The notes beneath the pieces are model-generated. The model was not told where the DNA came from. It did no database searches and was given only the letters and a program-made list of their open reading frames with translations. Below are positions 48,456 to 58,595 of a stretch of 64,000 bases of DNA, one piece after another. The translations under genes were made by a program, and so were the position numbers. This DNA comes from Bacteroidota bacterium (GTDB taxonomy: Bacteria; Bacteroidota; Bacteroidia; AKYH767-A; 2013-40CM-41-45): the NCBI GenBank assembly GCA_043787975.1, contig JAYVUK010000001.1:38347-102346 (forward strand), read 5' to 3'. The first letter of the stretch is position 1; each line of letters begins with the position of its first letter.

Positions 48456-48538
48456 TTCGTTGTTTTTCTCAAATAATTTTAGTTTAACCTTGGTGAAATG
48501 AATCATGTATCTTTGATTTTTCAATTCAAAATTATTTC

Positions 48539-49624
48539 ATGAGACTTCATGTTGGTGATAAAGTGCGTTTTCTGAACGAAGCCATTGAAGGTCAGGTTTC
48601 GAAAATTCTTAGTAACGATCGTGTTGAAATAGTGACTTCAGAAGGGTTCTCCCAAACGGCTTCCGAGCACCAGTTGGTCAAAGTGGAGTTCAGCATGGAA
48701 GAAAAGGTTGTCGAGGACAAAGAGCCGGTCGAACAGGAAGTTGTTGCAAAGAAGAAAAGGTATGAAGAAATTCCCAATCCGGTTGCACCATCGAGGCTTC
48801 CCGTTATTCCTTCGTTAGAGAGCGATGAAACTATTTACGTGGCCATTGTGCTGGAAGATGAACGTTCACCTTTGACAAGTGACATCGAAATGACATTGGT
48901 AAATAATTGCAGTTACTCGATTGTCTTTTCAGTATCGAAGAAAAAAGATGACATTCGTTCGGGAGCTGCTGCCGGAATTTTAAAACCAAAATCGGAACAA
49001 TTTATCGGCGCGTTTTCACAGGATGAGCTACATAAGTTTGATGGTTTCATCCTGGAGATTCTTTTTTTTAGTGAAAAGGATTATGTGCCGAAACCTCCTT
49101 TTGAGAAACACCTAATTTTTACTTCCTCTGATTTTATGAATCATGAATATTGGGAAGTGTTGAAAGGGAGAGAAGACCAGGTTTTACTGATGCCTGTGTA
49201 TGTCGTCAACCAGGAGCGCGATGTCAACGTGAAAAAATTATTGGAGCGTTACCAGCGGAAAGATGATGAAGATAAAGCGCGCGCGGAAACATATTCTAAA
49301 AATTCAAAAGGGAAATTGCGACCGCAAAAATTTGTGCTGCTCTCAAAGGAAAAAGTAGTTGACCTTCACATTGAAGAATTGGTGAAGGATTTTTCTGACA
49401 TGAGCAATGCGCAAATCATATCGTACCAGTTGAATTTTTTTCTCTACGAAATGGACCAGGCCGTTTTGAATAAACTGAATAAAATTACATTCATTCACGG
49501 AGTAGGGCAAGGTGTGCTGAAAAGTGCGATCAAAGAGCAACTGAAAAAATACCCGAACATACGTTACCGTGAAGCGCCGGCAGAAAAATTCGGTTACGGG
49601 GCGACGGAGGTGGAATTCATTTAG
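48539..49624 (+). CDS. DUF2027/Smr domain protein
   Basis: N-terminal VGDKVRFLN; C-terminal Smr VDLHI..FIHGVGQGVLK..GYGATEV. Confidence 0.88.
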   Translation: MRLHVGDKVRFLNEAIEGQVSKILSNDRVEIVTSEGFSQTASEHQLVKVEFSMEEKVVEDKEPVEQEVVAKKKRYEEIPNPVAPSRLPVIPSLESDETIYVAIVLEDERSPLTSDIEMTLVNNCSYSIVFSVSKKKDDIRSGAAAGILKPKSEQFIGAFSQDELHKFDGFILEILFFSEKDYVPKPPFEKHLIFTSSDFMNHEYWEVLKGREDQVLLMPVYVVNQERDVNVKKLLERYQRKDDEDKARAETYSKNSKGKLRPQKFVLLSKEKVVDLHIEELVKDFSDMSNAQIISYQLNFFLYEMDQAVLNKLNKITFIHGVGQGVLKSAIKEQLKKYPNIRYREAPAEKFGYGATEVEFI

Positions 49625-49637
49625 AAAGCGCTGAGAG

Positions 49638-49697
49638 AGTTCAAAGTTCTTAGTTCAAAGGTTTGTCTGCAAAACTTTGAACTAAGAACTTTGAACT
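49638..49697. repeat. Perfect 23-bp inverted repeat built from heptamers
   Basis: AGTTCAAAGTTCTTAGTTCAAAG-N14-CTTTGAACTAAGAACTTTGAACT between convergent genes. Confidence 0.85.
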
Positions 49698-50307
49698 ACT
49701 GTACCTTGACAGTTAATAATTTGATGTCCTCTAAGTATGCTTCTAACAAATCATTTGCATGCACTTGCCCGACTCCTTTCGGTGTTCCGGTAAAAATTAG
49801 ATCTCCTTTTTTCAGGGTAATAAATTTAGATACATAGGAAATTATTTTATCGAATGAAAAAATCATCAGTTCGTTATTCCCTTGCTGAACAGTCTTTCCA
49901 TTGATGTCAAGATGGAAATTTATTTGTTGAAGATCCGATAGTTTGTTATGTGAAATAAATGCTCCGACCGGAGCTGAATGGTCAAATGCTTTTGCCGCTT
50001 CCCAGGGCAATCCTTTTTCTTTTTGCTTTTGCTGAATGTCGCGTGCTGTGAAATCAATTCCAACGGAGATTTCATCGTAGTAACGATGTGCAAATTTTTC
50101 ATCAATGTGTTTTCCTTCTTTACAAATTTTCAAAACTAATTCCACTTCATGATGAATGTCGTTCGAAAATTCAGGAAGATAAAAGTTACGTTGTTTAGGA
50201 AGCAACGCTGTGTCCGGCTTGAGAAAAAAAACAGGCTCTGTCGGAACTTCGTTTTTTAATTCCTGCGCATGTTCAACATAATTACGACCGATGCAGATGA
50301 TTTTCAT
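49696..50307 (-). CDS. Fumarylacetoacetate hydrolase family protein
   Basis: MKIICIGRNYVEH, HHEVEL, DFTARD, GDLIFTGTPKGVG. Start at ATG 50307; the listed extension is repeat DNA. Confidence 0.93.
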   Translation of the reverse strand: MKIICIGRNYVEHAQELKNEVPTEPVFFLKPDTALLPKQRNFYLPEFSNDIHHEVELVLKICKEGKHIDEKFAHRYYDEISVGIDFTARDIQQKQKEKGLPWEAAKAFDHSAPVGAFISHNKLSDLQQINFHLDINGKTVQQGNNELMIFSFDKIISYVSKFITLKKGDLIFTGTPKGVGQVHANDLLEAYLEDIKLLTVKVQ

Positions 50308-50313
50308 TTTAAA

Positions 50314-50391
50314 AGTTCTTAGTTCAAAGTTTTTAGTTCTTGTGTGACTGTTTTTAAAACGACAACAACTAGGAACTAACAACGAGGAACT
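50314..50391. repeat. Heptamer tandem repeat with inverted arm
   Basis: AGTTCTT AGTTCAA AGTTTTT AGTTCTT ... AACAACT AGGAACT AACAACG AGGAACT. Confidence 0.75.
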
Positions 50392-50396
50392 TCTTC

Positions 50397-51170
50397 TCAT
50401 ACTTTATTAAAATCTTTTAATCGGATTTGAGTGATCACATTTTTTGTATTGGTTGCGAAATCTCCTTTCATCATCCAATCGTAATAAGAAGGTTCTGTCT
50501 TAAAAATATCAGAAACTAATTTGCCTTTGTACTTACCGAAATTAAAAGTCTCTTCTCCTTTTTCATTGAATACAATTCTTCCTGCGAGATCAACATTTTT
50601 TGTGATAGAACTGAATTGAGAGAGCGAATCCACATCATTTTTTAAGGATTCATATTTTTCCAGCTGCGCAACCAATACTTCATACGTAGCAAGTGTATCC
50701 GCTTCCGCGCTGTGCGCATTCTCAAGGCTCTTGTCACAATAAAATTTATAAGCTGCAGAAAGTGTGCGTTGCTCCATCTTGTGAAAGATGTTCTGTACAT
50801 CGATCAGTTTTCGTTGGCTTAAATCGAAATTGATATCAACACGGGTAAACTCTTCAATGAGCAGCGGAACATCAAATTTGTTGGAGTTGTATCCTGCTAA
50901 ATCACAGCCACCGATAAATGTATGGATGTCTCTCGCTATGTCTTTAAATGTCGGACAATCCTTTACGTCTTCGTCAGCGATGTGATGAATGGCTGTAGTT
51001 TCAGGTGGAATTGGAATGGTCGGATTAACTTTCAGTGTCTTTGATTCGCGATTTCCGTTCGGGTGAATTTTTAACAAGGATATTTCTACAATTCTATCTG
51101 CACCAACATTGACTCCTGTTGTTTCAAGATCGAGAAAAACGAGCGGACGGGTAAGTTTTAACTGTGTCAT
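50397..51170 (-). CDS. DEDDh 3'-5' exonuclease (DNA pol III epsilon-like)
   Basis: DLETTG, GYNSNKFD, AHSAEAD, C-terminal FNFGKYKG. Confidence 0.9.
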   Translation of the reverse strand: MTQLKLTRPLVFLDLETTGVNVGADRIVEISLLKIHPNGNRESKTLKVNPTIPIPPETTAIHHIADEDVKDCPTFKDIARDIHTFIGGCDLAGYNSNKFDVPLLIEEFTRVDINFDLSQRKLIDVQNIFHKMEQRTLSAAYKFYCDKSLENAHSAEADTLATYEVLVAQLEKYESLKNDVDSLSQFSSITKNVDLAGRIVFNEKGEETFNFGKYKGKLVSDIFKTEPSYYDWMMKGDFATNTKNVITQIRLKDFNKV

Positions 51171-51176
51171 TTAAAT

Positions 51177-51218
51177 AGTTCTTAGTTCTTAGTTCTTAGT
51201 TATTAGTTATTAGTTATT
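51177..51218. repeat. Heptamer tandem repeat (AGTTCTT)3(AGTTATT)3
   Basis: Read directly; the last unit overlaps the stop codon of the TPR/PD40 gene. Confidence 0.85.
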
Positions 51219-52836
51219 GCTTTCCGGTCTTTACCGTTACTTTTTTCTCAATGTTCTTCAACGGGAATTCATTTTCGATTGACATGTCGGCAACATACGG
51301 TTGAAAATTAAAGCCTTCAACGGTCAGCACATATTCACCGGGCTTTGCTGAAAAAATAAATTCATTTCCCGGTGAAGCAGGCCGGTAAACCATTAACACT
51401 TTGCCATCTGATTTACTGGCAAGCGTTGCTTTTGTAATTTCAACTTTTGTATTGGACTCCGAAGAAACAATTCCGGAAATCAACGCAAGAAAGGGATGAT
51501 CAGTCGTATCGTTATACGTAACCTGGTAAATATCTTTATCACCAAATCCTCCTTCACGCATGCAAGCAATGTACGCGTGCTTTAGATCGCCGGTCATCGA
51601 GAAGAAGAGATTGTCCTCAGCCGTATTAATCGGGTAACCGACATTCACGGGCTCACTCCATTTTCCTGATGATTCGTCAAACACAGAACGGAAAACATCA
51701 TAACCACCCATGCTGTTATGACCTTTGGAACTGAAGTAAAGTGTTTTTCCATCGATTGAAATGGACGGCGCATCTTCATCGTAACGACTATTGATCACCG
51801 AACCAAGATCCGTTGGTTCTCCCCATGCACCATCGTCTTTTCGTTTCGACATAAAAATATCACTGCCTCCAAGTGTTCCTTTTCGTTCGCTTGCAAAATA
51901 AATTGTTGATCCGTCCAATGAAATTGAAGCTGCGGTTTCAATAGACTTTGTACTCACAGGAGGTTCCACCAACATGGACTTCAGCCAGGTTTTCCCTTTC
52001 AGTATAGAAGATGCAATATCACTTGATGCATCTATATTGTCGAGAAAGATGAGCATTAAATTTCCATCGGCGGATAAGCCGACGCACTCTTCATCCCATT
52101 CTGTATTGATGGCAGCACCCACACTTTTCGCTTTCGACCAACCGGTATCTTTCAACATAGAAAAATAAACATCGGATGAATACATTCCCAAATCTGCAAT
52201 GAAACCACCCATATTTCCTTTCCTTCGTGTAGTGAACACCAGCAGTTTTCCGTCGGCTGAAACAAGCGGGTTGCATTCAAGGAACGGTGTGTTGATAGCT
52301 TTGCCAACATTTTCAAATGTGACATTGACAGGATGCTTTGTCAGTTCCTTTGCATTGTTGCACATTTCGATTTGACGTTCGACATCTAAAAAATCAATGA
52401 TCGGTTTTGAATGCGCATTCACTTTGTAATCTTCATAAGCTTTGATGGCATCATCCCACCGTTCAGCATACATGTATGCAAGACCTAAAAAGTATTGTGT
52501 TTCTTTGCGAGGCGTTTTTGATTTCGCGACCGCTTCAAAATATTCAATGGCTTTTGCCTTGTTCACATTGGTTTGAAGATAACAAATACCCAAACGGTAA
52601 CTCGCTTCAGGATTATTCGGATCATCTTTGATCACTTCCTGGTAACCTTTTAAAGCGCTGTTGTAATTTCCGGCATTAAAAAAGGAACCGGCATCTTTTT
52701 TCGCAACCTTGACTTCTTCCGCAGTGAGTGTATGTGTTTTTGCTTTTTGAGCATTCGAGCACAAACCGGCACTCACAAAAAATAATACAGACAGAAATTT
52801 TTTCGCTGATGGGGAATTGAATAGAATATTGCTCAC
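51214..52836 (-). CDS. TPR + PD40 beta-propeller exported protein
   Basis: Signal peptide, TPR helices (YRLGICY, YFLGLAY), PD40 repeats (SADG, SLDGSTIYFAS..GGSDIF, GGYDVF); no OmpA domain. Confidence 0.85.
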   Translation of the reverse strand: MSNILFNSPSAKKFLSVLFFVSAGLCSNAQKAKTHTLTAEEVKVAKKDAGSFFNAGNYNSALKGYQEVIKDDPNNPEASYRLGICYLQTNVNKAKAIEYFEAVAKSKTPRKETQYFLGLAYMYAERWDDAIKAYEDYKVNAHSKPIIDFLDVERQIEMCNNAKELTKHPVNVTFENVGKAINTPFLECNPLVSADGKLLVFTTRRKGNMGGFIADLGMYSSDVYFSMLKDTGWSKAKSVGAAINTEWDEECVGLSADGNLMLIFLDNIDASSDIASSILKGKTWLKSMLVEPPVSTKSIETAASISLDGSTIYFASERKGTLGGSDIFMSKRKDDGAWGEPTDLGSVINSRYDEDAPSISIDGKTLYFSSKGHNSMGGYDVFRSVFDESSGKWSEPVNVGYPINTAEDNLFFSMTGDLKHAYIACMREGGFGDKDIYQVTYNDTTDHPFLALISGIVSSESNTKVEITKATLASKSDGKVLMVYRPASPGNEFIFSAKPGEYVLTVEGFNFQPYVADMSIENEFPLKNIEKKVTVKTGKQ

Positions 52837-52889
52837 GTGTTAATTGGAATTTTGAAATTGAAAAACGGAAAGTCCTGTTGTTGACGGAA

Positions 52890-54218
52890 TCAGATGATTC
52901 TGTTTACATCAAATTGTTCAAGGTAATCAGCGATGCGTTTGAGAAAACTTCCACCCAACGAACCATCCACAACACGATGATCGTAGGACAAAGAAAGAAA
53001 CATCATGTGACGGATGCCGATGCTATCACCTTGTGGAGTTTCAATGACAGCGGGCTTTTTGCGAATAGCTCCCAGCGCCAAAATAGCAACCTGCGGCTGG
53101 TTGATGATCGGAGTTCCCATCACGTTTCCAAAGGTTCCCACATTGGTAATGGTAAATGTTCCGTCCTGGATTTCTTCGGGCTTCAGTTTGTTGTTGCGTG
53201 CACGTGATGCAAGATCGTTCACCATTTTTGTGATGCCTGTCAGATTCAGGTAGTCGGCTTTCTTTATAACAGGAACAATCAAATTCCCTGACGGCAATGC
53301 AGTTGCCATTCCGATGTTGATGTCTTTCTTGATGATAATTTTTGTTCCATCAACGGATACATTGATCATCGGAAAATCTTTGATGGCTTTCACAACGGCT
53401 TCAATGAAAACGGGTGTATACGTGATTTTTTCTTTCTCACGTTTTTCAAAATCATTTTTCACTTTCTCTCTCCACTTCACCAAATTGGTTACATCCGCTT
53501 CCACAAACGAAGTAACGTGCGGAGAAGTATGTTTACTCATCACCATGTGATCGGCAATAAGTTTTCGCATGCGATCCATTTCGATAATCTCTGTATTTCC
53601 ACTCACGGAGATTGAAGGAGAAGAATAAGAAGGTTGGGAAGGAATTGCAACAACAGGAACCGGTTGCTGAACAGTTGTCTTTCCTTTTTGTTGAATATGC
53701 TTTAGAAGATCTTCTTTGGTAACACGTTCATTCATACCGGAACCTTTGATGGATTCCAGCTCCGACATGGCAATTCCTTCTTGCTTTGCGATGTTGCGCA
53801 CCAGCGGAGAATAAAATTTTCCGGAAGATGATTTAGAAATTATTTCGGAAGAAATACTTACTAAAGAAGGAGTAGAAGTGGTTGCCGAAGGAACAGGAAT
53901 TTTTTTCTCCGCAGTTCCATTGGAAGAAATTGATTTAGATGCGGGAGTTGATGGAGCAGGAGCTGAAGTTTGAGCAACTTCGCCTTCTGCAGCAATCAGC
54001 GCAATTACTTCACCGACCTTTACGACTTGTCCTTCTTCAAATAATATTTTAGAAAGAACTCCGGCAGCAGGAGAAGGAATTTCTGAATCTACTTTGTCGG
54101 TTGCAATTTCGAGAACCGTTTCATCGGCTTCAATTCTATCGCCTTCCTTTTTCAGCCACTTTAATATAGTTGCTTCTGCAACACTTTCGCCCATCTTGGG
54201 CATTATCATTTGAATCAT
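52890..54218 (-). CDS. 2-oxo acid dehydrogenase E2 (dihydrolipoamide acyltransferase)
   Basis: Lipoyl domain EIATDKVDSE, E3-binding SPLVRNIA, catalytic SYDHRVVDG. Confidence 0.94.
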   Translation of the reverse strand: MIQMIMPKMGESVAEATILKWLKKEGDRIEADETVLEIATDKVDSEIPSPAAGVLSKILFEEGQVVKVGEVIALIAAEGEVAQTSAPAPSTPASKSISSNGTAEKKIPVPSATTSTPSLVSISSEIISKSSSGKFYSPLVRNIAKQEGIAMSELESIKGSGMNERVTKEDLLKHIQQKGKTTVQQPVPVVAIPSQPSYSSPSISVSGNTEIIEMDRMRKLIADHMVMSKHTSPHVTSFVEADVTNLVKWREKVKNDFEKREKEKITYTPVFIEAVVKAIKDFPMINVSVDGTKIIIKKDINIGMATALPSGNLIVPVIKKADYLNLTGITKMVNDLASRARNNKLKPEEIQDGTFTITNVGTFGNVMGTPIINQPQVAILALGAIRKKPAVIETPQGDSIGIRHMMFLSLSYDHRVVDGSLGGSFLKRIADYLEQFDVNRII

Positions 54219-54222
54219 TTCA

Positions 54223-54250
54223 GGTTTACGGTTTACAGTTTACGGTTAAG
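54223..54250. repeat. Heptamer tandem repeat (GGTTTAC family)
   Basis: GGTTTAC GGTTTAC AGTTTAC GGTTAAG. Confidence 0.7.
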
Positions 54251-54295
54251 CAAACAGACGGACAAAATTAGAAATTAAAATGATAAGAGAATCGA

Positions 54296-56278
54296 TTATC
54301 TGCCCAACTTTTGTAGACCTTTTTTCACTATTTTCAAATCAATATTGACGTGATAATCTTTCGCATACAAAGAATTCAGGCGATGAATGGTTTGTTCGTC
54401 GAGTTTTTTATCTGAGAAAAGATCAAGAGGAGTTAAAACTCCATTCCTGATTTTAGGTAAATTATTATTTGCCGATTCAATTTGAGAGTAATAACCAATC
54501 CACGAAATTTTTCCAATCAACACAGTAAAAATGTTTTTCAGATAACCGATTGGATTTTTCTGAAGAAAAATCAGAACCGGACTTGCAACTAAAAACACGA
54601 GACTCAATAAAATATCTATCACGCGCTTGTTCCTTTTGTTTACATTTTTTGAAATGCTGTTGATGTCGATGACGTACAGTTCTCCGGGATTGTCAATGGA
54701 ACTGCTGCCGATGATGAACAAACTTTCAGGAGGTGCAATTTTATATTCAACTTCCTTCATCGTGGAAACTGACATGTAGTTGATAATTTGATTCGACGGA
54801 ATATCCTTCGCGCAAAAAATTACTTCATCAATCGAATATACTTCCATGATCTCCCCGAATCTTTCAGAAGTTCCAAGAACATATTTTTCAAATTCGGGAA
54901 TTGATTTTCCTGAGCCGTTCGGAATTGAATCAACTGTTGGTTTTATAAAGCCAATAAAATTATGTGTGGAACCTGATAACTTTAAAAGCGATAACACACG
55001 GCTTCCTTCTTCTTCATCGCCTGCAATTAGCAGGCGTTTCCGTGCATTGCTTTCAAGCATGAAACCATTCCAGTGAAAAAGGTTGATGATGAGTCGGGAA
55101 ACAATCATAGAAATGCTCGCCCAAATGGCACCCAATAAAATCAACGCACGCGAGAAACGAAACGATTCAGGGAGCAATGCATAGATGACGAGAATTAAAA
55201 TGGTTCCTCCGAAAATTCCACGAATGATTTTTTGCAATCGTACCGGCTGATCATATCCACCGCTGAAATAAACAGCTACGATCCATGCAAAAATATAACA
55301 GGGAACGGCAAAGAGAATGAACGTGTCAGGATAATTCACAAACATGTTCTCACTCCAGTAATTCTTTAGAAACGTCATTCCTGCGAAAAGAATGAGTACA
55401 TCCAGCAAAACAAAAATGATTTTTTTGAAAAAGCGGACGGCGATGGCAGAACCTGCGCGCAGGTAAATGGCAATCCGGATGATGAAAGAAAAAAGAGATG
55501 CGTTCTTTTTTGAAAAATGTTTTTGCGCGAAAATGATCATCGCGTTATAAAACACGAACACATAATTCACACTGCTTTTTTTGGTGCTCTCGCCTTTGTA
55601 ATGAATGATGCGTGTTTCAGGGAAATAATAATTTTTAAATCCGGCTTGGGTAATGCGATAGGATAAGTCGATGTCCTCACCATACATAAAGAATGTTTCA
55701 TCCAGCAACCCGATCTTATCCAATACAGACTTCCTGAGAAGCATAAATGCTCCTGCAAGCACATCCACTTCATGAATTTTATTTTGATCGAGATAGGAGA
55801 GATGATACTTGCCAAATGTTTTTGATCGCGGAAATAATTTTGCCAAACCGAACATTTTATAAAATGCAACGGTCGGAGTAGGCAAGCCGCGTTTTGATTC
55901 GGGTAAAAATTTTCCGCTACCGTCAATCATTTTTACGCCGAGCCCTCCGGCTTCAGGATGAGCATCCATGAAGCGGACAATTTTCCCAAAGGTATCTTCC
56001 TCGACAATGGTATCCGGATTCAACAACAAAATATATTCACCTGTTGAAAGCTCGATGGCCTGGTTGTTTGCCTTTGAAAATCCTTTGTTGTCTTTGTTCG
56101 GGATTAATTTTACGTCGGGAAATTTTTTTTCAACCATGTCAATGGAACCATCCACTGAATTATTGTCCACGACAAAAATCTCAGTATCCGTTTTTGCAGA
56201 CGCCTTCAGTACAGAATGAAGACATTGCTCAAGGAAATATTTCACATTGTAATTGACAATGACAACCGATAGCTTCAC
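54296..56278 (-). CDS. GT2 glycosyltransferase fused to TM, CoA-binding-like and partial sugar-transferase regions
   Basis: LSVVIVNYN, VVDNNSVDGS, LLNPD, FFMYGEDIDL, HYKGES; four TMs; KRVIDILLS. Confidence 0.88.
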   Translation of the reverse strand: MKLSVVIVNYNVKYFLEQCLHSVLKASAKTDTEIFVVDNNSVDGSIDMVEKKFPDVKLIPNKDNKGFSKANNQAIELSTGEYILLLNPDTIVEEDTFGKIVRFMDAHPEAGGLGVKMIDGSGKFLPESKRGLPTPTVAFYKMFGLAKLFPRSKTFGKYHLSYLDQNKIHEVDVLAGAFMLLRKSVLDKIGLLDETFFMYGEDIDLSYRITQAGFKNYYFPETRIIHYKGESTKKSSVNYVFVFYNAMIIFAQKHFSKKNASLFSFIIRIAIYLRAGSAIAVRFFKKIIFVLLDVLILFAGMTFLKNYWSENMFVNYPDTFILFAVPCYIFAWIVAVYFSGGYDQPVRLQKIIRGIFGGTILILVIYALLPESFRFSRALILLGAIWASISMIVSRLIINLFHWNGFMLESNARKRLLIAGDEEEGSRVLSLLKLSGSTHNFIGFIKPTVDSIPNGSGKSIPEFEKYVLGTSERFGEIMEVYSIDEVIFCAKDIPSNQIINYMSVSTMKEVEYKIAPPESLFIIGSSSIDNPGELYVIDINSISKNVNKRNKRVIDILLSLVFLVASPVLIFLQKNPIGYLKNIFTVLIGKISWIGYYSQIESANNNLPKIRNGVLTPLDLFSDKKLDEQTIHRLNSLYAKDYHVNIDLKIVKKGLQKLGR

Positions 56279-56282
56279 GACG

Positions 56283-56325
56283 GATTTGAAGATTTGATAA
56301 TTTGCAGACGGGCTGATTAGCCGAT
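56283..56325. repeat. Degenerate octamer tandem repeat
   Basis: GATTTGAA GATTTGAT AATTTGCA GACGGGCT GATTAGCC. Confidence 0.55.
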
Positions 56326-56439
56326 CGCAAACCTAATTAATTTTAACGATAAGGGAATTGATCTAACGAAAGCTTCGTAAATTAATTGACCAGTTTCACA
56401 AGAATTATTTTCTACCTTAGCCGGACTAAAACACACATC

Positions 56440-57291
56440 ATGAAAAAACTACTACTTACTTGTTTAATAATTGTGTCTGCGTTGAGTCAATCGCATTCTC
56501 AAAATGTTTTGAATCCCGGTTTTGAAAACTGGACAGTCGGAGATCCGGATTATTGGTTAACCAATAGCTTTGTCGGAAACGTTTGTGTTTCACAATCTGC
56601 TGATGCGCATTCAGGAAGTTCAAGTGCTCGTGCTGATGTGATCAGTTTTAGCGGGACTCCTTATACTCCTGTTGTATCTTCTGATTCAACGTATGGTTTT
56701 CCTGTGAGCCAGGCATTTACCACACTTGAATTCTGGTATAAACTAAATAGTGGTGTGTCAAATGACGCCATTGAAATGTTCGGCTTTATCTATGACGCAG
56801 CACATTCAGTAATTGGTTATACGGGCACGATCATCGGGACCAATACAAATACGTATGTGCATGTAGCCATACCCATTGCTTATTCAGGAACTGGACCGGC
56901 TAACTGCCTGATTTATTTTACGGTCGTAGATACCACTGCAACAAGCACCGGCACTCACATTGGCACCTATTTCCTGTTGGATGATGTACAGCTGACAAAC
57001 AATTTGGTTGGAGTTACGGAAAATACTGTTGATGCAATATGTCTGAAAGCTTTTCCAAATCCGACTGTTAATAAAACCGTGTTGAGTTATTCTTTGAAGA
57101 GTACTTCGACAGTGAACATTAGCTTGTTTGATTTTGGAGGAAGGAAAATGTATACACGGACGCATGAACGTATGAGCGCTGGAAGACAAGAGGAATCCAT
57201 TGACTTAACTGATATTGCTGCGGGAAAATATATTTGCCTTGTGCGAACAGATTCGGGGACAGCGTCAACACTGATTGAAGTGGTAAAATGA
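56440..57291 (+). CDS. T9SS type A cargo with carbohydrate-binding-like jelly-roll domain
   Basis: MKKLLL signal peptide, NPGFENW..AHSG..LLDDVQL; C-terminal AFPNPT..GKYIC. Confidence 0.82.
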   Translation: MKKLLLTCLIIVSALSQSHSQNVLNPGFENWTVGDPDYWLTNSFVGNVCVSQSADAHSGSSSARADVISFSGTPYTPVVSSDSTYGFPVSQAFTTLEFWYKLNSGVSNDAIEMFGFIYDAAHSVIGYTGTIIGTNTNTYVHVAIPIAYSGTGPANCLIYFTVVDTTATSTGTHIGTYFLLDDVQLTNNLVGVTENTVDAICLKAFPNPTVNKTVLSYSLKSTSTVNISLFDFGGRKMYTRTHERMSAGRQEESIDLTDIAAGKYICLVRTDSGTASTLIEVVK

Positions 57292-57321
57292 TGTGGAGAT
57301 TTGCAAATGTGCAAATGTGAA
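57290..57321. repeat. Octamer tandem repeat, left arm flanking the four-helix-bundle gene
   Basis: GATGTGGA GATTTGCA AATGTGCA AATGTGAA. Confidence 0.7.
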
Positions 57322-57350
57322 TGCTGCACCAAAAGGAGTAATTGGAAAAA

Positions 57351-57695
57351 TTATTTTCTTGATGAAGAAATAATTTTTCCAATTATTCTCTTTATATTTT
57401 TTAAATCTTCAATTAATTGATCACATTCAGGATAATTTTTTGAATTCTTGCAAAGTTGTAATCTATATTCCGTTTCTTCCGCTTCTTTGTCTGCGATTTT
57501 CATTTTATGAATAAAATCTGCTTTGCTTTCTGCGCTTTGCGCTTCTTTTACATTTGAACCGATCGAAGTACCACATCTGTATAGCTGATTCGCCATGATG
57601 TATTTTCTTTTACTTTCAAGAAGTTCACAGTATTCGATTATTCCTATCGCAAAAGCAAAAGTTAAATCAACAATCAGGTTTTTCTTTTCTTCCAT
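57351..57695 (-). CDS. Four helix bundle protein (23S rRNA IVP / TIGR02436-like)
   Basis: QLYRCGTSIGSNVKEAQSAESKADFIHKMKIADKEAEETEY. Start at ATG 57695. Confidence 0.9.
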   Translation of the reverse strand: MEEKKNLIVDLTFAFAIGIIEYCELLESKRKYIMANQLYRCGTSIGSNVKEAQSAESKADFIHKMKIADKEAEETEYRLQLCKNSKNYPECDQLIEDLKNIKRIIGKIISSSRK

Positions 57696-57702
57696 AGCGA
57701 TG

Positions 57703-57767
57703 AATCTAAAAATTTGAATATTGAGACGGCATATTTGCACAGCTTCACATCTGCTAATTTGCAAATT
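57703..57767. repeat. Octamer tandem repeat, inverted right arm flanking the four-helix-bundle gene
   Basis: TGCACAGC TTCACATC TGCTAATT TGCAAATT (57736-57767) resembles the reverse complement of the left arm; AATCTAAA AATTTGAA at 57703-57718. Confidence 0.65.
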
Positions 57768-57774
57768 CTGAAAA

Positions 57775-58404
57775 TTACTTCACGAGACTATTTTCATACA
57801 GCGTCCTGTTCACAATGGACCGGCCGAGTGTTGCTTCATCAGCGTATTCAAGTTCATCACCGATGGAAACACCGCGGGCGATGGTAGAAAATTTTAAGTC
57901 ACCGCAATCTAACTGAAATATTTTTTTGTAGAGATAAAAGACAGTGGTGTCACCTTCCATGGTCGCGCTTAGCGCCATGATTACTTCATTGATTTTATCC
58001 GATGCGATTTTATTTAATAAGGTATCCACATTCAGATCACTTGGGCCGATACCATCCATCGGAGAAATGATTCCCCCGAGCACGTGATATTTACCATGGA
58101 ACTGATTGGTGTTTTCAATCGCAATCACATCACGCACATCTTCCACCACACAAATCAGTGATGCATCACGTTTGTGATTGGAGCAAATGGAACAAACTTC
58201 TGTTTCTGAAATGTTGTGACATTCGACACAATACCTGATTTCATTGCGTAAGCGGAGAAACGTGTGACCAAATTTTTCCACTTCATCAGGAGATTGTTTT
58301 AAAAGATGAAGCACCAGTCGCAAGGCGGTTCTTCTTCCAATACCCGGCAATTTTGCGAATTCACTGACCGCTTCCTCTAATATTTTTGATGAATAGTTAG
58401 TCAA
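57775..58404 (-). CDS. recR: Recombination mediator RecR
   Basis: [12 protein letters not shown] HhH, C4 zinc finger, [28 protein letters not shown]. Probable TTG start at 58404 (209 aa). Confidence 0.94.
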   Translation of the reverse strand: MTNYSSKILEEAVSEFAKLPGIGRRTALRLVLHLLKQSPDEVEKFGHTFLRLRNEIRYCVECHNISETEVCSICSNHKRDASLICVVEDVRDVIAIENTNQFHGKYHVLGGIISPMDGIGPSDLNVDTLLNKIASDKINEVIMALSATMEGDTTVFYLYKKIFQLDCGDLKFSTIARGVSIGDELEYADEATLGRSIVNRTLYENSLVK

Positions 58405-58486
58405 AATTTCGTGTTGATAAATTGTGAAGCACTTAGAAATTATTTCTCTGCTAAAATACTTACTTACTCTTGGTTCCGCAACCATT

Positions 58487-58589
58487 ATTAGAAATGAGAA
58501 ATTAGAAAAATGGAAATTGGAAAATTGCCAGATCATTCCTGTAAACCATAAACCATAAACTGTAAACTGTAAACTGTAAACCGTAAACT
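58487..58589. repeat. Two heptamer tandem tracts (ATTAGAA-like; GTAAACT-like x7)
   Basis: ATTAGAA ATGAGAA ATTAGAA ..; GTAAACC ATAAACC ATAAACT GTAAACT GTAAACT GTAAACC GTAAACT. Confidence 0.8.
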
Positions 58590-58595
58590 ATCCCT

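Noticed and set aside
51214-52836. TPR-PD40 protein as T9SS component PorE
   Set aside because: Lacks the C-terminal OmpA-like peptidoglycan-binding domain and a clear lipobox.
57351-57695. Four-helix-bundle gene as the Avd of a diversity-generating retroelement
   Set aside because: No reverse transcriptase and no TR/VR pair with adenine-specific differences seen in the window.
50308-58536. Long N-terminal extensions in the ORF track for the FAH (to 50400), four-helix-bundle (to 57764) and RecR (to 58536) genes
   Set aside because: The extensions translate repeat tracts or promoter DNA; family-typical starts lie downstream.
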